24,000 nucleotides of DNA. Origin: Argonema galeatum A003/A1. GTDB taxonomy: Bacteria; Cyanobacteriota; Cyanobacteriia; Cyanobacteriales; Aerosakkonemataceae. Each line of letters begins with the position of its first letter. Position 1 is the stretch's first letter. The stretch lies in contig NZ_JAIQZM010000001.1 of the NCBI RefSeq assembly GCF_023333595.1, positions 505,917 to 529,916 of the forward strand, written 5' to 3'. The position numbers and the translations under genes were made by a program. Shown here one piece after another: positions 14,401 to 22,254 of the stretch. The notes beneath the pieces are model-generated. The model saw only the letters and a program-made list of their open reading frames with translations, did no database searches and had not been told where the DNA came from.

Positions 14401-16831
14401 TGCTGAAATAAGCGGCTTCTGTTGCTTCTAAGTACAGGTTTAAGGTTAGGTTATAATCAGTTTGCCAGCTATCAGTAGCTAGGAGTTCTCTGCCTACCGT
14501 TAAATATTTTAGGGCTGTCGCATAAGCCGTCGCGGCTTTGGCTTTGCAACCTGCCATTAAATTCAATTGTGCTAGTTTATCGCGATCGATTTGCTCGCTA
14601 ATTAAATCTACACCATAATTTAATTGGTTGACAAGATCGAAGATTTTTTCTAACTGTTGCGCTTCTGGTGTATGCTTTAACAATAGCTGACCGATGTGGA
14701 AATGAGTTAGCTGTTTTTCGTTTTCATGGATTAATGAGTATGCTGCTTGTTGGACGCGATCGTGCAAAAATTTGTAACCTACTTTTGATTTATCAAAAAG
14801 TAGATTTACTTCGTTTTCTTGGTCAAATACGAGAGGTATTTTATAATCTTCACTCAAAGGTAAAATTAAACCCGCTTGTAAGGCAGGCCATAATTCATTG
14901 GCTGTATTTGAGTGGGGCCGATCGTTAACAATAGAAAGCACATCAAGAGTGAATCTGTCTCCTATGCAAGCTGCCAATTTTAATATTTGTTGTGTTGTTT
15001 CTGGCAGTTTTTCAATCCTACTTGCAACTAATTCTACTACGCTCTTATCGGCGATACCTATAGCTTGAATTTTATCTAAATTCCACTGCCAAGTAGCATT
15101 AACCAAGTCAAATCTTAGCAATTTTTCTTGAAACAGTGCTTGCAAAAGTTGGGTAATAAAAAAAGGATTTCCCCCGGTCTTGTTAAAGATTAGTTCAGCT
15201 AAGGTTTCGGACCGATCGCCCGTATCCAAAGTTTCCACAATCAACTGATTGACACGATCGAAATCTAAAGGTTGCACGATGATATTATTAACAACCCTAC
15301 CTGCTTTTTCAATCTCGGCAATACTTTGGATCAAAGGATGAGTCGGACTGACTTCATTATCTCGATATGCTCCAATTAATAGGAGATATTGACTAGCAGC
15401 ATTGGCTATCAGTAATTGCATTAAGTTTAATGAAGCCAAATCTGCCCACTGCAAGTCATCTAAAAAGATGACAAGCGGGTGTTCTTTTTGGGGAAAAACG
15501 CTGATAAATTCTTGGAAAACTCGGTTAAAACGGTTTTGCGCTTCCGCTGGGCCTAATTGCGGCACTTCTGGCTGAGAACCAATAATTAACTCGACTTCGG
15601 GAATAACATTAATAATAACTTGACCGTTATTGCCTACTGCTGCTAATAATTTGTCTTTCCAATTTAGGATTTTTACAGCACTTTCTGTAAGTAACTGCTG
15701 CATTAGCGATCCAAAAGCTTGAATCAAAGCGGCATAAGGAATGTTGCGTTTAAATTGGTCAAATTTACCGGCAATAAAATAGCCCCGTTGCTTGACTATG
15801 GGTTTATGAACTTCATTAATAACGGAGGTTTTGCCGATGCCGGAATAACCCGATACTAGGATCGTTTCACTGTTGCCATGCCCGACTCTAGCAAATGCAG
15901 TTAGGAGTTGATTAACTTCGGCTTCTCTGCCGTAAAGTTTTTGTGGGATTAGGAGTTGTCCAGCCCGGTCTAATTGTCCGGTAATAAAATTAGTAATTTT
16001 CCCTGTCGTCTGTAATAGGTGGTAACAAATTTCTAAATCTGCTTTAAATCCTTGGGGTGTTTGATATCGGTCTTCAGCATTTTTAGCCATCAATTTGAGG
16101 GTAATTTCTGAGATGGCTGGTGGAATTTGGGGATTTAATCGAGCGGGAGAAATTGGTTCTTTAGCAATATGAGAGTGTACGATTTCTAAGGGGTCGTTAC
16201 TGCTAAAGGGTAATTGACCTGTGAGGAGTTCATAAAATGTGACGCCAAGGGAATAAAAGTCAGTGCGATAGTCGAGTCCTCGGTTCATCCTTCCGGTTTG
16301 TTCGGGAGACATATAGGCGAGGGTGCCTTCGAGAACGTTGAAATTTTGGATAGTTTGGGTTTCTCTGGGTAAGAGGGAAGCGATGCTGAAATCTATTAAT
16401 TTAACTTCTTTAGTTTCGGGATGAATTAGGATATTTTGCGGTTTAATATCTTTATGGATAACTCGGTTTATGTATAGTCCTTCTAACATTTGGGCGATTT
16501 GGATCGCAATGGGGAAAAATTCATTAAGACTGAGAGGTTCGTTGCGGCGGTAGTCACTAAGGGCAATGCTACCATCGTCTGCCATTACTAATGCAAAACT
16601 GTTGCGGTAGTTTTCCAAACTTAGGGGTTGGACTACTCCGGGAATGTTGAGGTTTTTGGTAATGATGTATTGATTGCGAAACCGCACGAGTTCTGTAAAG
16701 CTGGGGTATTCGGCTTTGAGCAGTTTGACGATGACGGGTTTTGCTTGGGTTGTAGAAATTCCTCGATAGACTAGGGTTCTTGAGCCTTCGTAGATTTTTT
16801 CAAGTAGTTGGTAATTCGCTATGCCGACCAT
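11408..16831 (-). CDS. Multidomain sensor: Ser/Thr protein kinase + AAA/STAND ATPase + helical (TPR-like) region + GAF + histidine kinase (HstK-like architecture)
   Basis: STK motifs HKDIKPQNIL, DFSIAS and GTLAYMSPEQ. Walker A GYSGIGKTS and Walker B VIFLDDLQWAD. A GAF-like block precedes the coiled coil. H-box LAHEINNPVGFI, N-box NILGNAIDA, G1 DNGSGM and G2 GTGLGLSISRQIV. Confidence 0.9.
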   Translation of the reverse strand: MVGIANYQLLEKIYEGSRTLVYRGISTTQAKPVIVKLLKAEYPSFTELVRFRNQYIITKNLNIPGVVQPLSLENYRNSFALVMADDGSIALSDYRRNEPLSLNEFFPIAIQIAQMLEGLYINRVIHKDIKPQNILIHPETKEVKLIDFSIASLLPRETQTIQNFNVLEGTLAYMSPEQTGRMNRGLDYRTDFYSLGVTFYELLTGQLPFSSNDPLEIVHSHIAKEPISPARLNPQIPPAISEITLKLMAKNAEDRYQTPQGFKADLEICYHLLQTTGKITNFITGQLDRAGQLLIPQKLYGREAEVNQLLTAFARVGHGNSETILVSGYSGIGKTSVINEVHKPIVKQRGYFIAGKFDQFKRNIPYAALIQAFGSLMQQLLTESAVKILNWKDKLLAAVGNNGQVIINVIPEVELIIGSQPEVPQLGPAEAQNRFNRVFQEFISVFPQKEHPLVIFLDDLQWADLASLNLMQLLIANAASQYLLLIGAYRDNEVSPTHPLIQSIAEIEKAGRVVNNIIVQPLDFDRVNQLIVETLDTGDRSETLAELIFNKTGGNPFFITQLLQALFQEKLLRFDLVNATWQWNLDKIQAIGIADKSVVELVASRIEKLPETTQQILKLAACIGDRFTLDVLSIVNDRPHSNTANELWPALQAGLILPLSEDYKIPLVFDQENEVNLLFDKSKVGYKFLHDRVQQAAYSLIHENEKQLTHFHIGQLLLKHTPEAQQLEKIFDLVNQLNYGVDLISEQIDRDKLAQLNLMAGCKAKAATAYATALKYLTVGRELLATDSWQTDYNLTLNLYLEATEAAYFSTDFEQMTQLAETVLKCATTLLDKMKVYEVKILASAAQTRLKESVNMGLQILQLLGVTFPERPTLADIQQGLAETSANLQQRNIEDLIALPAMTDPQKLAAMPILSSIAPSTFKTTPELYPLIVFAQVNLSIKYGNSHLSPFAYVGYGLILCGVVQDIESGYQFGKLANRLLSQLNVQELKAKISAVDCGYIRHWKDHLKLTLENLRSGYQSGLETGDLEFTAYCAFFECCHSYYMGKELEETENKMATYSQAIKQLKQQIPFYWNEMYRQSILNLLARSPNLCYLQGEACDEEQLLPILTQANDRLGLHIFYSNKLILGYLFEKYALALENANIAVQYLDGVTGMFAIPIFHFYDSLVQLALGINGVKSEQDVLLDRVIANQEKLKKWADYAPMNYLHKFHLVEAERLRVVGADFEAMEYYDLAIEGATANEYIQEEAIACELAGKFYESLHKEFIAQAYLTKAYYAYARWGAKAKVDDLETRYPQLLAPILTATKTTSKISQTLTYIKTNTVSSTSWETSVIFDLGTVLKASQNLSDEIELDKLLTTVMQVVLENAGATSGSLILPESEQWYIAATINADSRLKQPVWALLSSITVEDSQLIPEKIVNYVKHTKKTLVIDDVAAATTWTDDYYIQLHKPQSILCATLLNQGELIGILYLENCLTKAAFTRERLEVLKVLCSQAAIALKNARLYQDLQRSEAREREKAEQLAKSLQELQSAQLQLIQSEKMSVLGNLMAGLAHEINNPVGFIAGNVEQANTALQDLLEYLQLYQEKFPNPGEEITEKAEEIELEYILEDLPQMLSSMKAGTDRIREIGGSLRNFSRADTSTKVLANLHEGIDSTLMILQYRLKAKDTRPAIEVIKEYGEIPQIKCYFGQLNQVFMNILGNAIDALDEANQGRSFAEIAANPNQITIRTEVLEAETAVVIRIKDNGSGMSDEVKEQVFDHLFTTKAVGKGTGLGLSISRQIVEEKHGGKLSCISAPEEGTEFAIQIPI

Positions 16832-16865
16832 ACTTCAGATCTCCTGGGTGAGATAATTTTTGATC

Positions 16866-17021
16866 TTACTCCCTTCGGTTGTGGAAGAATATGTATAGTT
16901 GGAGGGCGTTCGCTCTTCGGCGCGGATGCGCTTAGCATTGCGGAATAAATCTTAACTCAAAACCGAAACTTTAATTCCGCAATGCGGAGCCCCTACATAA
17001 TCTTGTGGCGGGAAGGGAGTA
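16866..17021. repeat. Nested inverted repeats (MITE-like imperfect palindrome) in the Anbu-kinase intergenic region
   Basis: Outer 11-bp arms ttactcccttc (16866-16876) and gaagggagtaa (17011-17021). Inner 12-bp arms gcattgcggaat (16934-16945) and attccgcaatgc (16973-16984). A further aagaatatgta / tacataatctt pairing has one mismatch. Confidence 0.8.
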
Positions 17022-17120
17022 ACCATAGTTGAGCCTGTTCAAATGCTTGTGTAGTCTTGTCTACTATGATACTTTATTTTTTGCTTCGATCGCCAATTCA
17101 GGTTCTTCTCCTATCGCAGT

Positions 17121-17204
17121 CAACTAATGACTAATAGCACCACACTGATATACAAGGATGACCAATGACTAATGACTAATGACCAATGACCGATGACTAA
17201 TGAA
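17121..17204. repeat. STRR-like heptamer array (ATGACYA / TGACTAA units)
   Basis: caactaatgactaat ... gaccaatgactaatgactaatgaccaatgaccgatgactaatga, ending 6 nt from the Anbu stop codon. Confidence 0.85.
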
Positions 17205-17210
17205 GTTATA

Positions 17211-17978
17211 TTAATCAATCACAACATCTTCTTGAGATGATTCCTGATAGTATTGCCATTCGATATCTGGCATATGATCGAAAGCGTTTCTCAGCGACTC
17301 TTCCCACCACTTGCGAACCTTAGCTAGATAAGGATCTCCCAGACGCAATTGCAGTTTATGCCGAATAGCAAGAGCGTCAGTTTCGTACATTACCATGCTA
17401 ATTGGTGGCCCGACAGAAATGTTTGACTTCATCGTCGAGTCGATCGAAAGCAGGGCACATTTAGCGCAGGCTTCTAAGGGGGTGTCAAAATTGAGGGTGC
17501 GGTCTAAAATTGGTTTGCCGTATTTAGTTTCACCTATCTGTAAAAAAGGTGTTTCCTGCGTAGCTTGAATAAAATTACCCTGGCTGTAAATCAGATAAAG
17601 TTCGGGTTCTTCTCCTCTAATTTGTCCGCCCAGGAGAATGCTGCATTTGAAATCGATGTTGTCTTTTTGTAACCAAGCTCTGTCTTGCTCCTGAATCTGG
17701 CGAATTTTGCTACCGATATAACGAGCAATTTCGTACAAATTTGGTAGGGAGTGAATATTGGCTTCTTCTTGAGCTTTGAGATCCTTGCGGATTAAGGTAA
17801 GCACTGCCTGGGTCATTGACAGGTTTCCCGAAGTACACATCAGAATCGCCCGCTCTCCAGGATAGGAGAAATCGAATAGTTTTTGGTAGGTTGAAATGTA
17901 ATCTACACCCGCATTAGTGCGAGAGTCAGCAGCCATAACGAGACCAAAGCGGGTAATAATGCCAAGGCAATAAGTCAT
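17211..17978 (-). CDS. Anbu (ancestral beta subunit) proteasome-type protein / Ntn-hydrolase peptidase
   Basis: A 255-aa protein. The N-terminus MTYCLGIITRFGLVMAADSRTNAGVDYISTYQK (Thr2 nucleophile context) and SGNLSMTQAV are typical of the Anbu family, which normally co-occurs with ATP-grasp, alpha-E and transglutaminase genes. Confidence 0.8.
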   Translation of the reverse strand: MTYCLGIITRFGLVMAADSRTNAGVDYISTYQKLFDFSYPGERAILMCTSGNLSMTQAVLTLIRKDLKAQEEANIHSLPNLYEIARYIGSKIRQIQEQDRAWLQKDNIDFKCSILLGGQIRGEEPELYLIYSQGNFIQATQETPFLQIGETKYGKPILDRTLNFDTPLEACAKCALLSIDSTMKSNISVGPPISMVMYETDALAIRHKLQLRLGDPYLAKVRKWWEESLRNAFDHMPDIEWQYYQESSQEDVVID

Positions 17979-17980
17979 TC

Positions 17981-18020
17981 GATTTTGGATTTTAGATTTT
18001 GGATTTTAGATTTTGGATTG
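17981..18020. repeat. Heptamer array GATTTTG/GATTTTA (14-bp unit x about 2.8) next to the Anbu start codon
   Basis: gattttggattttagattttggattttagattttggattg, beginning 2 nt upstream of the Anbu ATG (17976-17978) in gene orientation. Confidence 0.9.
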
Positions 18021-18164
18021 ACTACAGGGATGAATCCGGCTGGCGACCAAACCAATAATTTCAAGGGTCATGAAGGTAGGAGTGTAAACAACATAGGGTG
18101 CGGGGTTGATGTGGTGAGGAGCGCGAGAGAAGAATCATTCTTTTGGTTGGTTACTTTTCCGATC

Positions 18165-19043
18165 TTACCCTTCGTCATTGTCCGATTGGTTATGATTAGC
18201 TGTGACTGTATCGGGAAGCGATCGCCTCAAAAGGTAAAGCCAAGCCAAACTTGCTAATCCCAGGACAATACCCACTATACTCACCATTTGAGCCATACGC
18301 AGAGGCCCTAGCATTAGGCTATCGGTTCGCAATCCTTCAATCCAGAAGCGACCGATGCTGTAAAACACAAGGTAAAGCAGTGCCAGGGTTCCCACCTTGA
18401 GGCGGGGATTTCCCTTCAGAGAGCGAAAGAAGAGGGTGAGCAGTATCCCAAACACCATTAAATCCCATAGGGACTCATAGAGGAAGGTGGGATGGAAGTA
18501 TTCAAAATTTCTATATCCCGGCAGACGGCTCTCAAAGGGAATATAAACTTTCCAGGGCAAATCTGTGGGAGATCCGTAAGCTTCTGAATTGAAGAAATTG
18601 CCCCAGCGTCCGATCGCCTGACCTAGAATTAGAGAGGGAGCGACTAGATCTGCTAATTGCCAGAATGAGACTTTTTGAACTCGTGCAAAGATTAAAGCCG
18701 CTACTATGCCGCCCAAGATAGCACCGTGAATGGCAATACCACCTTTCCAAATGGCGATGATATCAGCTGGGTTCTTGGCGTATTCTGACCACTGAAATAA
18801 TACGTAATAAAGTCGGGCGGAGGGAATTGCTCCAACCACAAGCCAGATTGCCAGTTCGCCCGGTAAGTCTGGGTTGATGTTACGGCGCTTGGCTAAGTAC
18901 CCGGAAAGGGTTACCCCAATCAATACTGCTGAGGCGATCAACAGACCGTACCAGCGGATGGTTAGTGGCCCAAGCTGAAAGAAAATCGGCCCTGGAGAAG
19001 CAAATTGAAAGGCTAAGGGCAAAATAGAAATACCGAAATCCAT
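18165..19043 (-). CDS. lgt: Prolipoprotein diacylglyceryl transferase
   Basis: Motifs [30 protein letters not shown] and [17 protein letters not shown]. The start is placed at the internal Met ([19 protein letters not shown]), which matches the usual Lgt N-terminus. The track ORF extends to a GTG at 19094. Confidence 0.85.
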   Translation of the reverse strand: MDFGISILPLAFQFASPGPIFFQLGPLTIRWYGLLIASAVLIGVTLSGYLAKRRNINPDLPGELAIWLVVGAIPSARLYYVLFQWSEYAKNPADIIAIWKGGIAIHGAILGGIVAALIFARVQKVSFWQLADLVAPSLILGQAIGRWGNFFNSEAYGSPTDLPWKVYIPFESRLPGYRNFEYFHPTFLYESLWDLMVFGILLTLFFRSLKGNPRLKVGTLALLYLVFYSIGRFWIEGLRTDSLMLGPLRMAQMVSIVGIVLGLASLAWLYLLRRSLPDTVTANHNQSDNDEG

Positions 19044-19371
19044 GAAATTTCCTTTGATAAGTGAAAAGTTGGAGCCATATAAAGACTTCAGCACCCTAAA
19101 TGTCGCATAGCCTCAATTTTACGTTGCTCTGGCTTCCGGGATCGCAGTGTCCGATTTTTTATTAATGATATCGTGTCCGGTTGTATCGGTAGTGTAAGAG
19201 TAATACGGGAAATTGTCTGTTGTCATCGGGGGTTAAATTTTTACCGCAGATGAAGACTCTGGAACGCAGATAAACGCAGATAAGAGAGCGATTTTTCTCT
19301 GGCAATCGATGTGTGAGGACATGATATGACCAGCACGACACGGATATACACGGATGCACTGATATAGCACT

Positions 19372-19433
19372 TGACTAATGACTAATGACTAATGACTAAT
19401 GACTAATAACTAATGACTAATGACTAATGACTA
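19372..19433. repeat. STRR-like heptamer array, (TGACTAA)x8 with one TAACTAA variant
   Basis: tgactaatgactaatgactaatgactaataactaatgactaatgactaatgactaatgac, ending 19 nt from the stop codon of the upstream minus-strand gene. Confidence 0.9.
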
Positions 19434-19452
19434 ATGACGCAAAAAAGCTGAA

Positions 19453-20736
19453 CTATTCTAGTAATTTCTCCATCAGACAGTCAGCAATGCGATCGGCCCC
19501 TCCGGGCTTACCCATCCGACGGCGACCATTATCAGCAATCAGTTGCAGTCGGTCGGGATCGCGCAGGAGCGATCGCACGATCTCGGCAACCTCCCTTGGT
19601 TGTTTCGCTAAAATTAGCGATGGCCCCAATAGGCGAGTTTGAGCTTCTGCGAAGGCGGGGGTAAATTGGGGGCCTTTACCTGGGATTGCGATCGCCGGTT
19701 TGCCTAATCCCACAAACTGTTCTGTAGCGGTTCCAGCCATCGCAATAGCAAAGTCTCCTTGCTGCAAGCAATCCCCAAACGCTCGCTGAGTCAAGATCAG
19801 GGTGGATTTTCCCTGGGTAAACACCGATGCCGTAGGGTCGTTAATTGGCAGCTGGGATTCCTCAAGTTGCGGAGATTGCAGACGCCAGCCTTCTGCTTCC
19901 AAGGCTGACCGTAAAGGATCTAAGCTTAGTACTGGTGCGATCGCGCCCAGAAACAGCACTGTGCGGTCGCGAAACCCTTCCATCACCCCAGTTAGAGCCG
20001 GGAGGATTTGCTGCCAATTTGCGTAGGCTTCCGGGGCTCTGGAACCGGGGAGTAAAGTGATTGTGAGCGATCGCGCTTGCTCCACTTTCTCAGCATCTGA
20101 GGAATAAAAAACCGCCCTTGGACTCTCAGGCTCAAGGTCATCCATCATCGGATTTCCCAAATCAAAAGCCGGGATTGACCATTTCTGCAACATTTCGCTA
20201 GTCAGACTATCTCTAGGAAACACTGCTTTACAACGCTTGCGACTCATCAGCCAACGTTCCCAAGGCAGATAAACCGACCCCGACCAACCTTCCCTGCGCT
20301 GCATCTGGGATTTCCTCGGCAGCGGGCCAGCTTCATCCCGCAGATAATATTCCGATTTGGCGGTGCCGACGAAGGCATAAGGAGCCCCACTCAACCAAGC
20401 AAGCAACAAGGGGACAATATCCCCCACGGCTAAGATAGTTCCGCCCTGTTGTTTCCAAGCCTGTACTGCCCTAAACTGCCACCAGAGCAGTTGGAGTAAG
20501 CCGCTCCGTAAATCTCGCCACAAATGACGCCCATCCATATAAATAAAGCCACCGGAGGGCATTTTCCGCGTCGGTGCGATGAGGGGAATTCCTAGCTCGG
20601 TGTAGGCTTGGCCTTCGCCAACTATAGGTAGGGCTGCTATTTTTGGGGCATTGGGACGCTGCTGTAGTTCTTTCAATATCCGAACAGCGATCGCATCCTC
20701 CCCATGACCATTACTCAGGCAAAGTAACTTCATCAA
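19453..20736 (-). CDS. Lipid-A-disaccharide synthase-related glycosyltransferase (LpxB-related family)
   Basis: A 427-aa protein. The N-terminus MKLLCLSNGHGEDAIAVRILKEL and the C-terminal AMAGTATEQFVGLGKPAI resemble the cyanobacterial LpxB-related GT-B family. The assignment rests on recalled family features only. Confidence 0.65.
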   Translation of the reverse strand: MMKLLCLSNGHGEDAIAVRILKELQQRPNAPKIAALPIVGEGQAYTELGIPLIAPTRKMPSGGFIYMDGRHLWRDLRSGLLQLLWWQFRAVQAWKQQGGTILAVGDIVPLLLAWLSGAPYAFVGTAKSEYYLRDEAGPLPRKSQMQRREGWSGSVYLPWERWLMSRKRCKAVFPRDSLTSEMLQKWSIPAFDLGNPMMDDLEPESPRAVFYSSDAEKVEQARSLTITLLPGSRAPEAYANWQQILPALTGVMEGFRDRTVLFLGAIAPVLSLDPLRSALEAEGWRLQSPQLEESQLPINDPTASVFTQGKSTLILTQRAFGDCLQQGDFAIAMAGTATEQFVGLGKPAIAIPGKGPQFTPAFAEAQTRLLGPSLILAKQPREVAEIVRSLLRDPDRLQLIADNGRRRMGKPGGADRIADCLMEKLLE

Positions 20737-20798
20737 TTATAACCGGGCATTGGGCATTGGAAAATTGGCTCTTCTGTACTGACTATGCTATTTGAGTT

Positions 20799-20860
20799 CT
20801 TGAGCAGAGGGGCGCTTGAGCAGAGGGGCACTTGTGCAGAGGGGCACTTGTGCAGGGGAG
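20799..20860. repeat. 16-bp tandem repeat cttgWgcagaggggcR x about 3.9
   Basis: cttgagcagaggggcg / cttgagcagaggggca / cttgtgcagaggggca / cttgtgcaggggag, read directly. Confidence 0.9.
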
Positions 20861-20923
20861 AAAAGAAATAAAAATGTTCTTAAATTGAACAAAAGCATAG
20901 GAACTCCGAAAGAGCCAATTACC

Positions 20924-21634
20924 CTAGCTTTTCTTCGGTGGTATTGGGGATGATGAGCGTGGAAACAGAGAACCAGGAGGCGTTTTTAGTGCAAGCGGTG
21001 GGGAGTCAGCTTGTTGCAGCTGTTGGCGTCCGTTACGGATTATACGCTGCATATCGTTCAACTGCTGCTCAATATTATTGAGAACCCTTTCGGCATATTC
21101 ATCAGCGCCGTTTTGAATGGCATCAGCTTCTGAAATGGCTTTAGCGCGGATCTCCTCCAGTTCCTCTTGAGCTTCCCGGTGCAAACGTTCGATTTCAGCC
21201 AGAGTCTGTTCTTGTGCAGCACCGCACTCATTCTGTACCATTTGCCAGAGTTGCTGCGCCTCTTGTTTTGCCTGCCGAACAATACCCGTGTCATCTAAAA
21301 TCTGTGCGGCGCGTTGCTGGGCCGTCTCAATGATTTTATGGGCGTATTGTTCCGCTTGCTGAAGCAACTCTTCCTTCTCCCGGATAATCGCTTCTGCTTC
21401 TTCAAAAGCATTTGGCAAATTTAGCCGGATGAGATCTAGCTGTTCTAACAGATGTTCTTCATCAACTAACGTACGACGAGTCAGGGGAATGCGTGGACTA
21501 TCGAGAATCATCTCCTCCATACGGTTGAGTTCTCGCTGAATATCTACACCTGCTGTTCCACGTTGGGACAGTTCATCCTGAGAGCTGGGTTCGTCGATGT
21601 CGGGGCTGATTCGGGGTGGGTTTTGGCGTAACAT
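20924..21634 (-). CDS. Coiled-coil protein, DivIVA-like (function uncertain)
   Basis: A 236-aa ORF. The segment [26 protein letters not shown] is followed by about 150 aa of Q/E/A-rich heptad-like sequence, reminiscent of DivIVA or ATP synthase b-type coiled coils. An alternative start at Met39 (21520) would remove the 91-nt overlap with coaD. Confidence 0.6.
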   Translation of the reverse strand: MLRQNPPRISPDIDEPSSQDELSQRGTAGVDIQRELNRMEEMILDSPRIPLTRRTLVDEEHLLEQLDLIRLNLPNAFEEAEAIIREKEELLQQAEQYAHKIIETAQQRAAQILDDTGIVRQAKQEAQQLWQMVQNECGAAQEQTLAEIERLHREAQEELEEIRAKAISEADAIQNGADEYAERVLNNIEQQLNDMQRIIRNGRQQLQQADSPPLALKTPPGSLFPRSSSPIPPKKS

Positions 21635-22098
21635 TTGTTGTAAATATCTTTTGCAACGTGCTTGGGAACAAGATGATCGACAGAGCCGCCAAATCTTGCT
21701 ATCTCTTTTACCACGCTACTGCTTAAAAAACCATATTCAGTCGAGGTAGCCAGAAAAACTGTCTCGATTTTATCCGATAGTGTCTTATTGGTATGCGCCA
21801 TCTGCAACTCTTTCTCAAAGTCAGAAAGCACTCGCAGACCCCGGATAATTACAACGGCTTGCCGTATTTGGGCATAATTTACGGTAAGACCGTCAAAGCT
21901 GTCTACCTCTATGTTGGGCAGATGTTGCGTGGATATGCGAATCTGGTCAAGCCGCTCTTGCACCGTAAACATGGGCATTTTATTGGGATTGCGTAGTACT
22001 GCTACGACCACTCGCTCAAATAGCTTACACCCGCGCTGTATGACATCGAGGTGTCCAAGGGTAATCGGATCGAAGCTGCCGGGATAGATTGCAATCAC
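21544..22098 (-). CDS. coaD: Phosphopantetheine adenylyltransferase
   Basis: GTG start. Motifs [19 protein letters not shown] (T/HxGH nucleotidyltransferase motif), RGLR..SDFE.E and [13 protein letters not shown]. It carries a C-terminal tail of about 27 aa beyond the usual CoaD end. Confidence 0.9.
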   Translation of the reverse strand: MIAIYPGSFDPITLGHLDVIQRGCKLFERVVVAVLRNPNKMPMFTVQERLDQIRISTQHLPNIEVDSFDGLTVNYAQIRQAVVIIRGLRVLSDFEKELQMAHTNKTLSDKIETVFLATSTEYGFLSSSVVKEIARFGGSVDHLVPKHVAKDIYNKCYAKTHPESAPTSTNPALRMNCPNVEQQV

Positions 22099-22187
22099 AA
22101 AGTAGGGCTGTCAAAGTCTCTCTTGCAGATTATAAGGTATGTTCGTGGTTCATGGTTTATTGCAATGAACTATGACTTAGGCAGAAA

Positions 22188-22254
22188 GCCCCCCTGTACC
22201 CCCAAATCTGGGGGGGACAAGACTTCTTCTCTTCTGATTTGGGGGGACAGGGGC
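22188..22254. repeat. Long stem-loop (stem of about 17 bp with one mismatch, 27-nt loop) downstream of the TnpB-related gene
   Basis: Left arm gcccccctgtacccccaaatc (22188-22208) and right arm gatttggggggacaggggc (22236-22254). Pairing was checked position by position, with one A/G mismatch at 22198/22246. Confidence 0.8.

Noticed and set aside
11839-14928. Small ORFs inside or antisense to the kinase gene (11839-12126, 11895-12083, 12216-12416, 14668-14928)
   Set aside because: They are embedded in a continuous 1807-aa ORF with recognisable domains throughout, and they have no motifs of their own.
17985-18257. Plus-strand ORF of 90 aa
   Set aside because: It starts inside the GATTTTG heptamer array (MDFRFWILDFGL) and runs antisense into the 3' end of lgt, so it is most likely spurious.
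19162-19642. ORFs 19162-19359 (minus, 65 aa) and 19427-19642 (plus, 71 aa)
   Set aside because: The first is Cys/Arg-rich with no RBS or family resemblance. The second starts inside the TGACTAA array and is antisense to the LpxB-related gene. The 19095-19370 spacer might still encode an sRNA, but I cannot support that from sequence alone.
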